From assembly GCA_030390025.1 (NCBI GenBank), contig CM059425.1, positions 170,812,001 to 170,876,000 on the forward strand: a stretch of 64,000 bases of DNA, given 5' to 3'. Position numbers and translations under genes: made by a program. The DNA comes from Squalus acanthias (taxonomy: Eukaryota). Each line of letters begins with the position of its first letter. Position 1 is the first letter of the stretch. The notes under the pieces were generated by a model, which saw nothing but the letters and a program-made list of their open reading frames with translations, made no database searches and was not told the DNA's origin. Positions 23,900 through 36,658 of the stretch are shown piece after piece.

Positions 23900-24962
23900 T
23901 TATTTAGTGCACAGAGTGATACTCTTAGATTTGTGAATGCACTTTGAGGATAAATAGTCTACTGTCTGATATTGTGCACAATTCCCAAGAAGAACAGGAA
24001 GTTGCAAAAGAATATTGATAAGATGCTGGAATGGGCTAAAAAATGATACAATTCAATGTCAGTAATGGTGAAGTGATGTATTTTGGTAAAAAAAATAAAA
24101 GCAGTAATTATACTCTGAATTGAAGTAGGCTCGGTGCTGTGGAAAAGCAGAGGGATTTGGGGATGCAGGTTGACAGGACTTTAAACGAAGCACCTCAGTT
24201 TGATATGCTAATGACTATTCTAGGTTTTATCACAAAAGATATAGAATAGAAAAACCAACAAGTAATGATGAGTCTATATAAAACCTCAATAAGACCTCAG
24301 TTAGAGTATTGTGTGCAGTATTGGGCTCCACACTACTGGAAGGATATTGAGGCTTTATAGCAGGTACAATGATTCACTAGGATGCTGCCTGGTATAAGGA
24401 GGAAATACAAATACAAAGAAAGACTGCGTTATAATAGAATTGTTTAAAATTATGAAAGGATGGAACAGGGTAGATGGAAGCAGATTGTTTACAGTAGTTG
24501 AGCGATCAAGAACGAGAAGCCTGAAATACAAGGTTAAATGTAAGAGATTTAGAATAGAGGGCAGGAGAAACTTCTTTGCACAGATTTGTGAGGCTGTGGA
24601 ATTCACTTCCAGGGATAGTGGAAGAAACTACGGTTGAGAATTTCCTCAGAACTGCTCCCACTCTGCCACCATAACTTCACCGGAAGCGTGGCAGAAACCC
24701 CATTTACACACATAAACAGGGTTTCTGCCACACTTCTGGCAACGTTACAGTAGTGGTGGAGGACCAGTGCCAACGAAATTCCTGGCCTATATCAACATTC
24801 AAGATTAGATTGCATAGGTGGATGAAGGAAAAAGGATTGAAGGGATATGAGAACAGGGTTGGTAAATCTGATTGAACTATTTGCTCGTGTGCAAGGTGAA
24901 ATGAAGACACAAACTAGTAGGGCCTGTTTCTGTGTTGTAACTTCTATGTATTTCTATGTATA
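23900..24962 (+). mobile_element. Degraded CR1 LINE 3' part
   Basis: RPQLEYCVQYWAP motif; ORF 24440..24637 (FKIMKG..RVD...RTR...RNFF); CR1 tail; small MITE inserted at 24632-24787. Confidence 0.8.
24632..24787. mobile_element. Small Harbinger-like MITE
   Basis: Ends ggttgagaatttc / gaaattcctggcc; TSD tac/tat; interrupts the CR1. Confidence 0.6.
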
Positions 24963-26209
24963 TACAAAATATAGATTAACGGCAGCTTGCAGCTCTAACA
25001 CTTATATCTAGCAGACCTTGTGGGATCATTATACCTCATCTTGCATTGGACAATGGTTAAGGATTTTCCACTCACTACCACATAGTTCTAGTTGCTTTAT
25101 TAGGAGGTATCTTGCCATCCACTCCCACTATTGCACCCACCTCGTGCCTAATTTTGTAAGAAGAATATTTCTATCACTGAGAAGTTTTTTGCTCATTCCT
25201 ATAGCAGCCATATCTTCACCTTGCTGCATGCTACTTCTGCTTTAGGGTAGTCCAGCTTCAAATGCTGCAGCTGCACACTCAGAAGCACTCCTCCAACCCC
25301 TAACATGTTTTCCTGGGCCTCCCAGGTACATCTCGCACCTTTGTCCTGCCTAACAATATTCTCAAGAGTCTGTGATATCCAACGGGGTTAGTGTTGGGTC
25401 CATTGGGTCTTCGCTCAGCCGCACCTCCAGTGGTGGATCACAGGACTTTAAACTTCGGGGCCTACAAATCAAATTCTGCAATTTTGCGGGTGCAAAAGTG
25501 GTGTAATTCTGACTTAGAGGGTGGAATTTGGGGTCTAAGTCACCCTTTCTAAAATGTACACTAAATTACAGTGCAATGGATGTTGGCAGAAGATGCTTGG
25601 GAGTTCAGGTGACTTTGGACCTAAGGTGCCCAAAGCTTTTCACCATTGGGTTTTCCTCCACTGGGTCTGGGTCTGTTATAGACTACTTAATAGAGATTGA
25701 TTGCTATGATTAGTCAACAACTCCATTATCATTGTATCAATTGACTACCGAACTAGATGATCTTTTTAGTCTAGCAATTTCTATGTTCCTATTTTTACCA
25801 GAATTGCACCTGACTTAACAAAAGCCTGTACAAAGTAGGCATGACTTGTCAAACTAGGAAGTGGCTGAGTTCACAGACTTTCACTATCTACAGTCTTTGT
25901 CTGAAATATCAGCTTTGACTGAAGGTCAACTACAAAAATCTTTTCTCAGCTGTGTTGCCAAGGAAGGTTTCTGCAAACTGTCTTTCAGCAAGAAAATATT
26001 TTGCTTCCCATCCTTCTGTCATGGAACCCTTACCATGGGGTTGATTGGGAATTCCTCTATATATCTTATGATGGAGGCAGAACAGGAACAGGAGAAAGAG
26101 GAAATGACAGAGGCATACAGAACAAGGCTAGACCAACTAGACCCTTCCGCCAGAGTCTGCAGACCACACCACTTCCTTAAAAATGTTTCGGAAGAGATCT
26201 GCTTAAGGA

Positions 26210-29200
26210 CATGTAACAAGGGTAATACAGTAATCATGGGGGACTTTAATCTACGTTTAGACTGGGCAAACCAAATTTGCAGTAATAGTACAGAGGACGA
26301 ATTCATAGAATGTATACAAGATAGTTTTCTAGATCAGTATTTTGAGGAACCAACTAGGGAACAGGTTATTTTAGATCTAGTATTGTGCAATGAGAAAGGG
26401 TTAATTAATAACCTTGTAGTAAAGGAGCCTTTAGGAAAGAGTGACCGTAATACGATAGAATTTTATATTGAGTTTGAAAGTTAAATCCGAAACTAGGGTC
26501 TTAAATCTAAACAATTCAAACTATGTAGGTATGAGGGCGAGTTGGCTAAGGTAGATTGGGAAACTACATTAAAAGGTATGACGGTAGAGAAGCAATGGCT
26601 AGCATTTAAAGAATTAATACATAATTTACAAAAATATACATTCCCTTAAGGCACAAAAACCCCACAGGAAATGTGGCCCAACCGTGCCTAACAAGAGAAG
26701 TTAAAGATAGTATTAGATCAAAGGAAGAGGCTTATAATATTGCCAAAAAGAGCAGTAAGCCTGAGGATTGGGAGGATTTTAGAATTCAGCAAAGGAGAAA
26801 CAAGAAATTGATAAAGGAAAAATAGAATATGAGAGTAAACTAGTGAGGGACATAAAAAATAGACTGTAGAAGCTTCTATACGTAGGTAAAAAGGAAAAGA
26901 TTAGCGAAAGTAAATGTGGGTCCCTTACAGGCTGAGACAGGAGAAATTATAATGGGGAATAAGGAAATGGCAGAGAAATTAAACAAATACTTTGGGCTGG
27001 ATTTTACCAACCCTGAGGAGGTGGGTTTGGAGGCGGGACTGCTGGCAAAATGGGAAAAATTGGGAACGGGTCCCAACCCCGTCCCAACCCGCCTCCAAAC
27101 CATCTTCCCGGGAGGCGGGTCCCTGACTCGCGCAGGGACCCATCTCCTCGAGGCGGGAAGGGGATTAGAGCCAATTAAATGCCTGCTAACAGGTAGTTAA
27201 CAGGCAGTTTTGAGGCTTTTCCCCATTGTACCCCTGCAAGTGCTGGCTTCCCGACGGCTGCGAACCTCGCCAGGGTCAGCGAGGCGAGCAGTGGGTCTGC
27301 AGCGGTGAGAGGGGTCGAAATGTCCACTGTAGAGGTGAGTGATGGGTGCAAGTGTGGACAGGTAAGTATGAGAGATGAGTGTAAAGTATTGGAAAAAGTT
27401 TCCTTACCTTTGTTTCTTTCTGCAGGCTTCAACCCTTGGGGATCCAGAGGTGCCTCATCTCAACAGCAGAGATGACAGAATGGCTGCTGCATTCTCAGAT
27501 GCAGCAACCATCTGCTTTCTGCTGAGGAGAGAGGTCTTGGTGAGCCTTAGAACAGAGATTGTCAGCGTTTGACAGCTTCTCAAAGCTGTCAAACGCTGAC
27601 AATTAATCTGTCAAAAATTTTCGACAGATGAAGCGTCATACGCTGACGTCATCTGTCACCGGCTTTCCCTTAATTGGCCGGCTAAGCCCACAGGGCAGGC
27701 TTAACAAGGCCAATCAAGGGAAAATAGCGTGGGTTCATCAGACGTCGCTGGGGGCGGGACTGAAACCCAGAAACCAGAAGTCTCACCTCCAACACGTCTC
27801 CAAAGGTAAGTTCGCGGCCTTTCTGTCTGTCTGAAGAAGGCGCAAAAAACCTCCCGGAAATAGTGAAGGGTCTAGTGAGAATGAGGAACTGAAAGAAGTT
27901 AGTATTAGTAAAAAATGTACTGGAGAAATTAATAGGACTGAAAACCAATAAATCCCCTGAACCTGATGGCCATCATCCTAGGGTTTTGAAAGAGGTGGCT
28001 ATAGAGGTAGTGGATGCATTGGTTGGCAGCTTCCAAAATTCCGTAGATTCTGGAATGGTTCCCACGGATTGGAAGGTAGCAAATGTAACCCCACTATTTA
28101 AGAAAGGAGGGAGAGAGAAAACAGGGAACTACAGACCAGTTAGCCTGACATCAGTAGTAGGGAAAATGCTAGAATCTATTATTAAGGACATGGTAGCAAG
28201 GCACTTAGAAAATAATAATAGCATTGGGCAGAGTCAACATGGGTTTATGAAAGGGAAATCATGTTTGACAAATCTGTTAGAGTTTTTTGAGGTTGTAACT
28301 AGCAGATTAGATAAGGGGGAAGCAGTGGATGTGGTGTATTTGGATTTTCAGAAGGCATTCGATAAGCTACCACACAAGAGGTTATTGAACAAAATTAGGG
28401 CTCATGAGATTGGGGGAAATATACTAGCATGGATTGAGGATTGGCTAACGGACAGAAAACAGAGAGTAGGAATAAACGGGTCATTTTCGGGTTGGCAGGC
28501 TGTAACTAGTGGGGTACCGCAAGAATCAGTGCTTGGGTCTCGGCTATTCACAATCTATATCAATGATTTGGATGAGGGACCAAATGTAATATATCCGAGT
28601 TTGCTGATGATACAAAGCTCGGTGGGAATGTAAGTTGTGAGGAGGATGCAAAGAGGCTTCAAGGGGATATAGACAGGCTAAGTGAGTGGGCAAGAACATG
28701 GCAAATGGAATATAATGTGGAGAAATGTGAAGTTATCCACTTTGGTAGGAAAAATAGAAAAGGAGAGTATTTTTTAAATGGTGAGAGATTGGGAAATGGT
28801 GTTCAGAGGGACCTGGGTATTCTTGTACACGAATCACTGAAAGTTAACATGCAGGTACAGCAAGCAATTAGGAAAGCAAATGCTATGTTGGCCTTTATTA
28901 CAAGAGGATTTGAGTATAAGAGTAAAGACGTCTTACTGCAATTATATAGGGCCCTGATGAGACCACACCTGGAGTATTGTGTACAGTTTTGGTCTCCTTA
29001 CCTAGAGAAGGATATACTTGCCATAGAGGGAGTGCAACGAAGGTTCACCAGACTGGTTCCTGGGATGGAGGGATTGTCCTATGAGGACAGATTGAGTAGA
29101 CTAGGAATATATTCTCCAGAGTTTAGAAGAATGAGAGGTGATCTCATTGAAACATACACAATTCTTACAGGGCTTGACAGGGTAGATGCAGGGAGGATGT

Positions 29201-29536
29201 TTCCCCTGGCTGAGGAGTCTAGAACCAGGGGTCACAGTCTCAGAATAAGGGGTCGGCCATTTAGGACTGAGATGAGGAGAAATTTCTTCACTCAGAGGGT
29301 GGTGAATCTTTGGAATTCTTTACCCCAGAGGGCTGTGGAGGCTCAGTCGTTGAGTATATTCAAGACAGAGATCGCTAGATTTTGGATATTAAGGGAATCA
29401 AGGGATATGGGGATAGTGCAGGAAAGTGGAGTTGAGGTAGAAGATCAGCTATGATCTTATTGAACGGCGGAGCAGGCTCAAGGGGCCAAATGGCCTACTC
29501 CTGCTCCTATTTCTTATATTCTTATGTTATTATGTT
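26210..29536 (+). mobile_element. CR1 LINE family A, 5'-truncated ORF2 (partial EN, RT, 3' UTR)
   Basis: EN motifs IMGDFN, PTRE..ILDLVL, LGKSD; RT ORFs 27986..28633 and 28705..29454 (frameshifted); tail to 29536; 8-bp TSD cttaagga (26202-26209, 29537-29544). Confidence 0.95.
26994..27819. mobile_element. Harbinger-type MITE (M2-related) inserted in CR1 ORF2
   Basis: Ends gggctggattttacc / ggtaagttcgcggcc; TSD ttt; interrupts the LNKYF motif. Confidence 0.82.
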
Positions 29537-29757
29537 CTTAAGGAGGCAATGGTTCATCGAAGCAATTGTGTCTTCCATCACAAACTGATCTTGCAACATC
29601 CTCTGAAACACAAAAACAAACAAAGAACAGATGTACCTCAGAACACTCGTCTTCATATTACAAAGTGGTTTACTGTGCACATATATATTTACAACAAGGG
29701 CTTCTTAGTACGGCCATGGTGTAGGCTGATGCAGTTCCGCTGAGTTAGCCAGTATGC

Positions 29758-30303
29758 TGTTGTACGATTGTGCTTTTTGCTTAAAATGGAGAATTATTGA
29801 ATATCTGTACAAGTTTGACCTTTTTGTAGCTTTAGAGTTAGAAAATCATCATTGTTAAATTGAGTGTACACTCTATGTGTCTCTTATAAGAACCTAGCAA
29901 CCTACTCATGTTTGTTACAATTGTACAGAAGGAGAGACATATCAACAGATGGTCTTTGTATGGAGAAGTGGAACAAGGAAATTGGATCTCTATCTGATAA
30001 CAAAGTAGCCTTGGGGTTGTAATCAGGGCAAGGTACAGTTATCCTGTGGTCAGTACTGAATAAGGACAGTTCGCTCATGCGATAAACAAGTCATGCATAT
30101 AAATACCTCTAATATAGCCACGACTTATTAGAACAGACTTGAGAAGATGGCACACTGAAGCCAGTGTACTTCTGTTCTCCAGACTGAGGTAAATACACTT
30201 TCTGTATTTGGCAGTGCTGCTAATAAAGTTATTGAAGACAATTTGTTACGAGCGTGATTATCTGGTGTCTGAAACCATAAGACTCAAATCATTAGAGTCA
30301 ACA
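29758..30303 (+). mobile_element. Candidate solo LTR
   Basis: TGTTG...CAACA ends, TATA-like tataaata near 30098 and AATAAA near 30222, but the TSD does not match (atgc/gttc). Confidence 0.4.
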
Positions 30304-31190
30304 GTTCTTACCCTTGGTGCCTTTGTGTTATTCTTAAACCTATGGTGTTGCTCCAAGATGGTATCTGCAGGCCACTAGTGGTGCTTGGCTGCACTGTGAT
30401 ACCATGGGTTTCTTGGGATGGAGGTGACCCTCATCTATCAGCTTCTAAGTCCCAGGAGGACTCTTCAACAGGCTGCAATACCAGTGCAGGTGCATGGACA
30501 GTCTGGTCCTGTAATCCATCACCTACATGAGCAGGTTGCTGAGGCACTGCTGGAAAAGTCACAAGAGTTGTCACCAGGAGCAAGGGTCGCATCACAAAGG
30601 TGAACTCCAGCCATGGCACTTGTGCTGGGTCCTGGATCTGAGCATCCACTGGGAGATTGCAGTCTTTCAGACACCAGTTAGATCCTGCACATCCTGAGAG
30701 ATGGTGCCCCAAAACTCTCAGAAGCTAGTTTCCATCTTTCTGTCCAAACAGCCACCCAAGGCTTGAAGGTCAACGGTCAAAGCGTCTACTTGAAATGCAC
30801 TATCTGGTCTGGAGGATTCTCTGACAGGCGTGATGGATGCATTTATTACTGGTGCCACCACTTGCTCCAGGTAGTACCAAATCCTTCTCTGGCATTGAGG
30901 ATGGCTTTGGACTCCTCCATGACCCCTGCCATCTGTCTCACATCCTCAGATAATGCACAGTGCCTCCATGTGAGTGTGATGCTCATCCAGCATTCTTCTT
31001 TTCAGAAGAGGACCCCCAAGATCCGTGTCTGCAGGCATGGGAGCCAATGAATAACTTCTGAAGAACCTGCGGTCCCCACTGTCAGATCTCACTTTCACTT
31101 TTGACTCTTCTGGCATCCTGAGGGTAATGAATGATGGAGTGTCACCTACAGACTGGGACTGCGAGGTAGGATTGGGGAGCAGCTAGCTTA

Positions 31191-31381
31191 CCTCAGCTGC
31201 TTTGCTGAGGTTGCAAAATTTCTTCCAGCGCTGCAAATAAATCCTGGGGAAACTTAAGGAGGTAGCACTCACTGTCACAGGCACCTCCCACCACAAAGGC
31301 ATACTGCATCCTTGGTGGGTCTCTGGCCCCTGCCCCCGACTCCAAACAGCCTGTCCCTCCTGCGCTGTGTCTCCCTGATGC
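31191..31381 (-). pseudogene. Harbinger Myb/SANT-like DNA-binding protein exon remnant
   Basis: IRETQRRRDRLFG...WWEVPVTVSATS..PRIYLQRWKKFCNL (one frameshift), followed by a GTAAGC donor; a Harbinger-like TIR aatttttgggccc ends at 31801. Confidence 0.7.
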
Positions 31382-32190
31382 TTGTCGTTTACTTCGATCT
31401 AGCTGCCTTCCTTGGCGCCCAGATTGCCTGCTGCCATTGCCTCGTTAGACAGTAACAGGTTTTATATCATGTGTGTCCCCCCCCCCCCCCCCCCGCCCCC
31501 CCCACTTCCAGGTCTCTGCCACTCCTCCAGGTATTTTATGCTCCTGCCCGCTGAACAGCCATTCAGGGCCCATTTGGCACGTAACTCTTGCCTCTGCAGG
31601 AGTTTTTCACTATTGTCCCTCCCCCCTCAGCATATCAGAGGCACTGTAGTTTGGATTCAGACAGCCTGCAGACCTCAACATATTTAAACTAGCCGACCCT
31701 GCAACTTATGGCGGAGTTAGTACCACGACCTCACGTGGGGGCGGAAGTCCGCCCCATCACCATTCCAATGGCACAGCTGCACCGTTGGAATTTTTGGGCC
31801 CATTATTATTTTTATAAATCCTTCACCAGTTGCAAGGAGATTAGGTGATACTGCTTTCCTATGTATTATGTTAATTGGAACTAATAGAAATTCAGCTTAT
31901 TCCATTTTCCTGGATATTGTCCAAAAACTGCAAAAAAAAACTCCAGAATAGAATTTTACGCACCAGCAATATTTCATCACCACGAAAAAGGGGCAATCTG
32001 TATTCTGACTGTTATCCAGATGAATTTTGTAAGTTGTGAACTTATTTTCATGCTGTTTACACCAAGCAGCCCCATAGGAATCATTGTTCAGTTTTCTAAC
32101 ACTTGTAATTAAAATTCAGACATCAGATTAAAACATATGACCCCGATTTTCATTGCCCCCACCTGGCAGAAACCGGGCAAGCGGGCAGTT

Positions 32191-33342
32191 TGTAGGGAGT
32201 GGTTGTGGTAGGAGTCAGCCTTTCCCCTGACTCGGTGAGTGGTTCGAATCGCTCCCACGCCCCAGGTTCAAAACTTGGACTTATTTAGGGGTTGTGAATA
32301 AAGATGCAGTAGACCACAGGTTCCGATGAAAGAACTATAACTTTTATTAAAAATTAAAAGGTAACAAACTTAAACACACTTCACACTTAAACAGGTTTGG
32401 GGAACACACGGTTACAGGCGAGGCAGAATGACCGTATAACAATACCTCACCCCTCCCAACCCCACTTTACTAGCTAAGTTAGACTCTTGGGGACCAGGTA
32501 TAATGCTCACCAAACGAATCCTTTGACAGTTGAGATATGGTTTAAAGTCCTTTTAAGTAAAAAGTTTCATAAGGCCCTTGTGCCTCGAGGTGTTTGATGG
32601 TCACTGGAACCGTTGCTCTGGTTTCTTGCGTGTCGGTCTGTTTCTGGAGCCGCTGGCCTTCTTCGTTGAACGGTCTTGTTTTCAGTTGAACTGTGTACTG
32701 GAGAACTCCTGTGCTTCAGCTGTCCTGCTTGTGGCCTCTCGGTGTGGCTTGAACAGCTTGTTTTAAACTGCTAGGCTGCAAAACTGCTCGCCTCTGTGGA
32801 ACTTCTCCCTGTAGAACTCCCGCTTCTTCCAGCACAGGTCTCTGTAGCACTCCGGCTTGTAGAACTCGTCTCGTTCCAGCACAGGTCTCAAGTCATACTG
32901 TTCGATTGTTCCTTATTTGCCCGCCAAAACTTCCCAGTGCTTTGTTTAATTCTGGTGGGCTTGTTAAGGTCGTTAACTTTAATGGCAGGAGATGGCCTTT
33001 AACGATATTAAATATTTGTTAAGTGGAGGATGATTGCTGGTCTGATGGTTGTTCATTTGTGTTGCCTTTACTTCTTTGTATAAATGCTAAACAGTTTGAT
33101 GGGGCTGGAGACAGGTCGGTCGATCACCTGTAATATACAACATTGTCTGTAGAGGCCAGCCCCGCCTCCTTAGGCAGCCTGTGCTGAGATCTGCCCGGGC
33201 ATGTCACCTGGCCTGCTGTTTTTGCAGGGCCCTGGTTTCTGTTCAATGTCGCAGGCTTCTGCCACGAGGTCTAGAAGCCACTTTGTCGAGGGTACCCCTT
33301 ATTAATAACTCTGGGGAATCTGGGAATTTTGAGAACCCTACA
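32191..33342 (-). mobile_element. Solo LTR (family L1) inserted in a MITE
   Basis: TGTAGGG...CCCTACA inverted termini; TSD agtt; minus-strand AATAAA near 32345; homologous to 43536-44982. Confidence 0.88.
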
Positions 33343-34267
33343 AGTTAAAATAAGGAGTTACTTACCCCCTCCAATCCCGCTGTCTTCCTGTCGTGTCCAG
33401 ATATTAACCTGCTTTTCTGAGCAGGCGAGCAGGACACCAGCAGGAAGGAGGCGGGTCCTACTTTAAATTTTCAGATAGGGTCTGATAATGTGATCAGGAC
33501 CCGATCTGCAATTTCAACCCGAGGCCTGAGTTGGGGAGCAGTGTTGGCTTCTCCGCCGGGTAAAACCTGCCGGGAGCTGTATCTTGGGCCAGGAGAGGCC
33601 TAGAAGGCCTAAATGTTTTATTTTAGGTTTCTTTGTGGCCCAGGAGGGGCAGAATTTCTCCTCCAGGCCTCACAAGGAAGCCTTGGACCTTCCTTGTGCC
33701 GTCTTTTCTGTAATTTTGCTTGTTGCGCATTGAGACGCAGGTGCACCCCGCAGAATCTGGTGTTGAGCCCGCCACCTGGACTCTCCCCCTCACATTGGAG
33801 GGTCTGAGGGGGGCAGGCAAAAATGCAAAGGAAGCTTATAATGGTAATTATCACCTTATCATTACAGTTTCCACCCCGCCCCCAGCAATCGTTGGGTCTG
33901 GGGGCCTTCTGACTGCTGTTCTCCAATGGCAGCCAAAAGGCTCCAAGACCAGCAGCCAGTGCAACAGCGGTAGGCCCCTCAGGTCTGCAGCTGTGCTTAC
34001 AGCTGTGCTTCTGTTTTACACCTGTTTTTCAGCACAAGCCCCTGCCAGAAGGTGGGCCTGTGCCCAGGGTGCAAATAGCCCATGATAATGACCCAGCCCA
34101 CCAAATTCAGGAGTTCTGAGGCCTGGGCAAGCAGAGCACACTTTGGGTGCACTCTGTCTATCCAGCACCTGGCAAAAAGGCGGGGGAGGGGGGGCAGAAG
34201 TATAAATGTACCCTCAGAAACAGCAACAAAATAAAGGAAGCTAAAAATTAATTGGGGACACATTTAT

Positions 34268-34495
34268 ACAATATTTACCCAGAGAGCAGTTAGAATGTGG
34301 AACTTGCTATCACAGGGAGTAGTTGAGGCGAAGAGCACAGATGTCTTTAAGGGGAAGCTAGATAAGTACATGAGGCAGAAAGGAATGGAAGGGTATGTTG
34401 ATAGGGTTAGATGAAGTAGGGTGGGAGGAGGCTCCTGTGGAGCAGAAACCAGTTGGGCCAAATGGCCTGTTTCTGTGCTGTATGTTCTTTGTAAT
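34268..34495 (+). mobile_element. CR1 3' end fragment
   Basis: cagagagcagttagaatgtggaac...ggggaagctagataag...ttgggccaaatggcctgtttctgtgctgta tail. Confidence 0.82.
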
Positions 34496-34864
34496 ATTAT
34501 TCTTTAAAAAAGAAGGAAAGCATCGGGTGAGTATTTTGGGACTAAAGCTTCCTAATCCTGAAAAAAGGAATAAATGTTTGCATTTGGTCAAGGGTAACGG
34601 ACAGCTAATAAAATTGTGGAAATGCACTAAATTAGAAAGTGTTATCTCTGAGAAAACAATTTAATTGCTAATAACAACAACAAAAAAATTGTGGCACACC
34701 TGTAGGAATGATCATTTTACATTTGCTAAGCAGTTGGCTAACCACTTAACACAGTATTAGTGTAAATGTCAGATCTTTGATCAAGCTGTATGGTGCATAA
34801 TTGTAGTGGGAGAAAGCTGAATGGCAATAGAAAATATCCCAATTTACCCACAAGCTGACATGTG

Positions 34865-35571
34865 GGGCTGGATTTTCATTGACCCGTGGAGGTGGGTTTG
34901 GAGGCGTGTGGGAGGTTAAAATTGTGAAAATTGGTGGGCGGGCAGAAGCCCGCCTCCATCCCGCCTCCACACAATTTTCATTAAATCGTGTCTGCTGGTC
35001 CTGACTCCGTCCCACCTCTTAGAGGCGGGATAGGCTGTTAAGGCCCTTAACAAGCACTAAATTGCCTCTATAATGCCATTTTGAAAGGCTTTTGTGATTT
35101 TAACCCTTTTTCTACGTGAAGCACGCCTGTTCTGAACCACGAATGTGAAACCTGGCGGGAGCACATTTGGATAGCTGACTATCGCTGGCTGGCTGGCTAT
35201 TGGGATGCATATATGGATGGCTATGTGGATCGATGCATATATGGATGAATGGGGAGGAGACATATCTGGGAGTGGTGGTGTAAAAATATCTGGGAGCAGA
35301 CTTAGGGCTGCTGCTGCTCATTTTGCATCCAGGTCCTCTCACAGCAAAGGCCAGGCAGTGTTTGAAGACCTTCAATGCAGCAGTGATGACATCATCAGAG
35401 GCGACTTTCAGACTGAAACCACTAATTGGTTCATGGGTTCCCACATGCTGGAACTCAATTGCCCAATGAGGTGAAAATTGCATCAATCTCCCACATCCAA
35501 TTGCAGTCGGGTGGATAACTCGAAAAGTGGATGACACGACCCCAACCCGCCCCAGTATCAAAATCCAGCCC
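34865..35571. mobile_element. Harbinger-type MITE
   Basis: TIRs gggctggatttt / aaaatccagccc; TSD gtg. Confidence 0.8.
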
Positions 35572-36432
35572 GTGGACTTCAGAACCAAACTATAGGCTGG
35601 AAGTGGAGATTTCCTGGGTCTCCTGGGGTTGGGCAACTTCAGAGTATCCTCACAGAGAGAGATATTCAAATCAAGTGTCTCTGTGCCTGTAAGAAACTTC
35701 TTGTTCTTACTAACCTCAAAAAAGTCTACTTGGACGCTTTTTTCGCCCAGAAAATAATTAAACAGTCGTTCCCCATGACTTTCTTTCCCTTTTAAATAAT
35801 TTCTGCATTTAAAAAATATAAATATTTCCTCCACATTATATTAATGATCACTTTTAAAATGTAGTGACAATCGTTACATTGCCCAGGGCATTTAGGAACT
35901 GAATTTGGCCTCCCCATGGATTCAAATTTATTACCTTCTCCTCCCTGCACGGTATGGGCCTGTGGTGCTCCTTGAACATCTTCCGTTTATTAAGCTGACT
36001 AATGCTAGGTCTGGCCGGGATTTAAATATGAACTTTTAAATGTAGTTGTGAAGCTCCGGAATGGTTCTCAAGCTCCTCATTAATGAGAGACTCATTAAGA
36101 GGCAAGAATTGGCTTTTCACAAATGTTGCTTCATCCATTCCCGGAAAGGTCAGAGCCACATGAAACACAGGTGAGTTGTCCATCTACCACCATCCAATCA
36201 CTTTTCACTCATGCCTCCTTTTTTGCTGAAAGCAATGCAGTAAAGTATTTAAGATCCTTTTATAATTTAAAGTAGCCCCTTAATATCTATTTTCTATATT
36301 TATTTATAAAAGTGGACCTTGACATTTAAAGAAAGTGTAACTTTTTGTTTGTACAACAGAGATCCATCATTTCAGGTCTCTTTCTTCTCAGTCACACCAG
36401 TGAAAGTGCTAGTGGAACTACATTTATTTAAA

Positions 36433-36658
36433 AGTGAGAAGTCGCACAACACCAGGTTATAGTCCAACAGTTTTATTTGAAATCACAAGCTTTCGGAGCT
36501 GCTGCTCCTTCGTCAGGTGACGTCACTTCACCTGACGAAGGAGCAGTCGCTCCGAAAGCTTGTGATTTCAAATAAAACTGTTGGACTATAACCTGGTGTT
36601 GTGCGACTTCTCACTTTTGTCCACCCCAGTCCAACACCGGCATCTCCGCATCATGGCC
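36433..36658. mobile_element. Penelope family-2 insertion forming a near-perfect palindrome with two hammerheads (36483-36520 -, 36528-36565 +)
   Basis: Arms 36430-36520 and 36528-36618 are inverted; 16-bp TSD actacatttatttaaa (36417-36432, 36659-36674). Confidence 0.9.

Larger units (their letters stand above)
26035..29575 (+). pseudogene. Harbinger transposase N-terminal remnant split by a CR1 insertion
   Basis: ARVCRPHHFLKNVSEEICLR before the CR1; removing the CR1 and one TSD restores ICLRRQWFIEAIV (compare C.RRLRF.KE.V). Confidence 0.65.

Noticed and set aside
27986..29454. Intact reverse transcriptase gene
   Set aside because: Frameshifted near 28580, 5'-truncated and interrupted upstream by a MITE; a dead CR1 copy.
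31476..31503. Polyproline ORF 31412..31687
   Set aside because: Derives from a poly(C) run inside a Harbinger-like element.
35112..35834. 240-aa ORF on the minus strand
   Set aside because: Runs across a MITE boundary (35571) into AT-rich sequence; no recognisable domain; likely chance.
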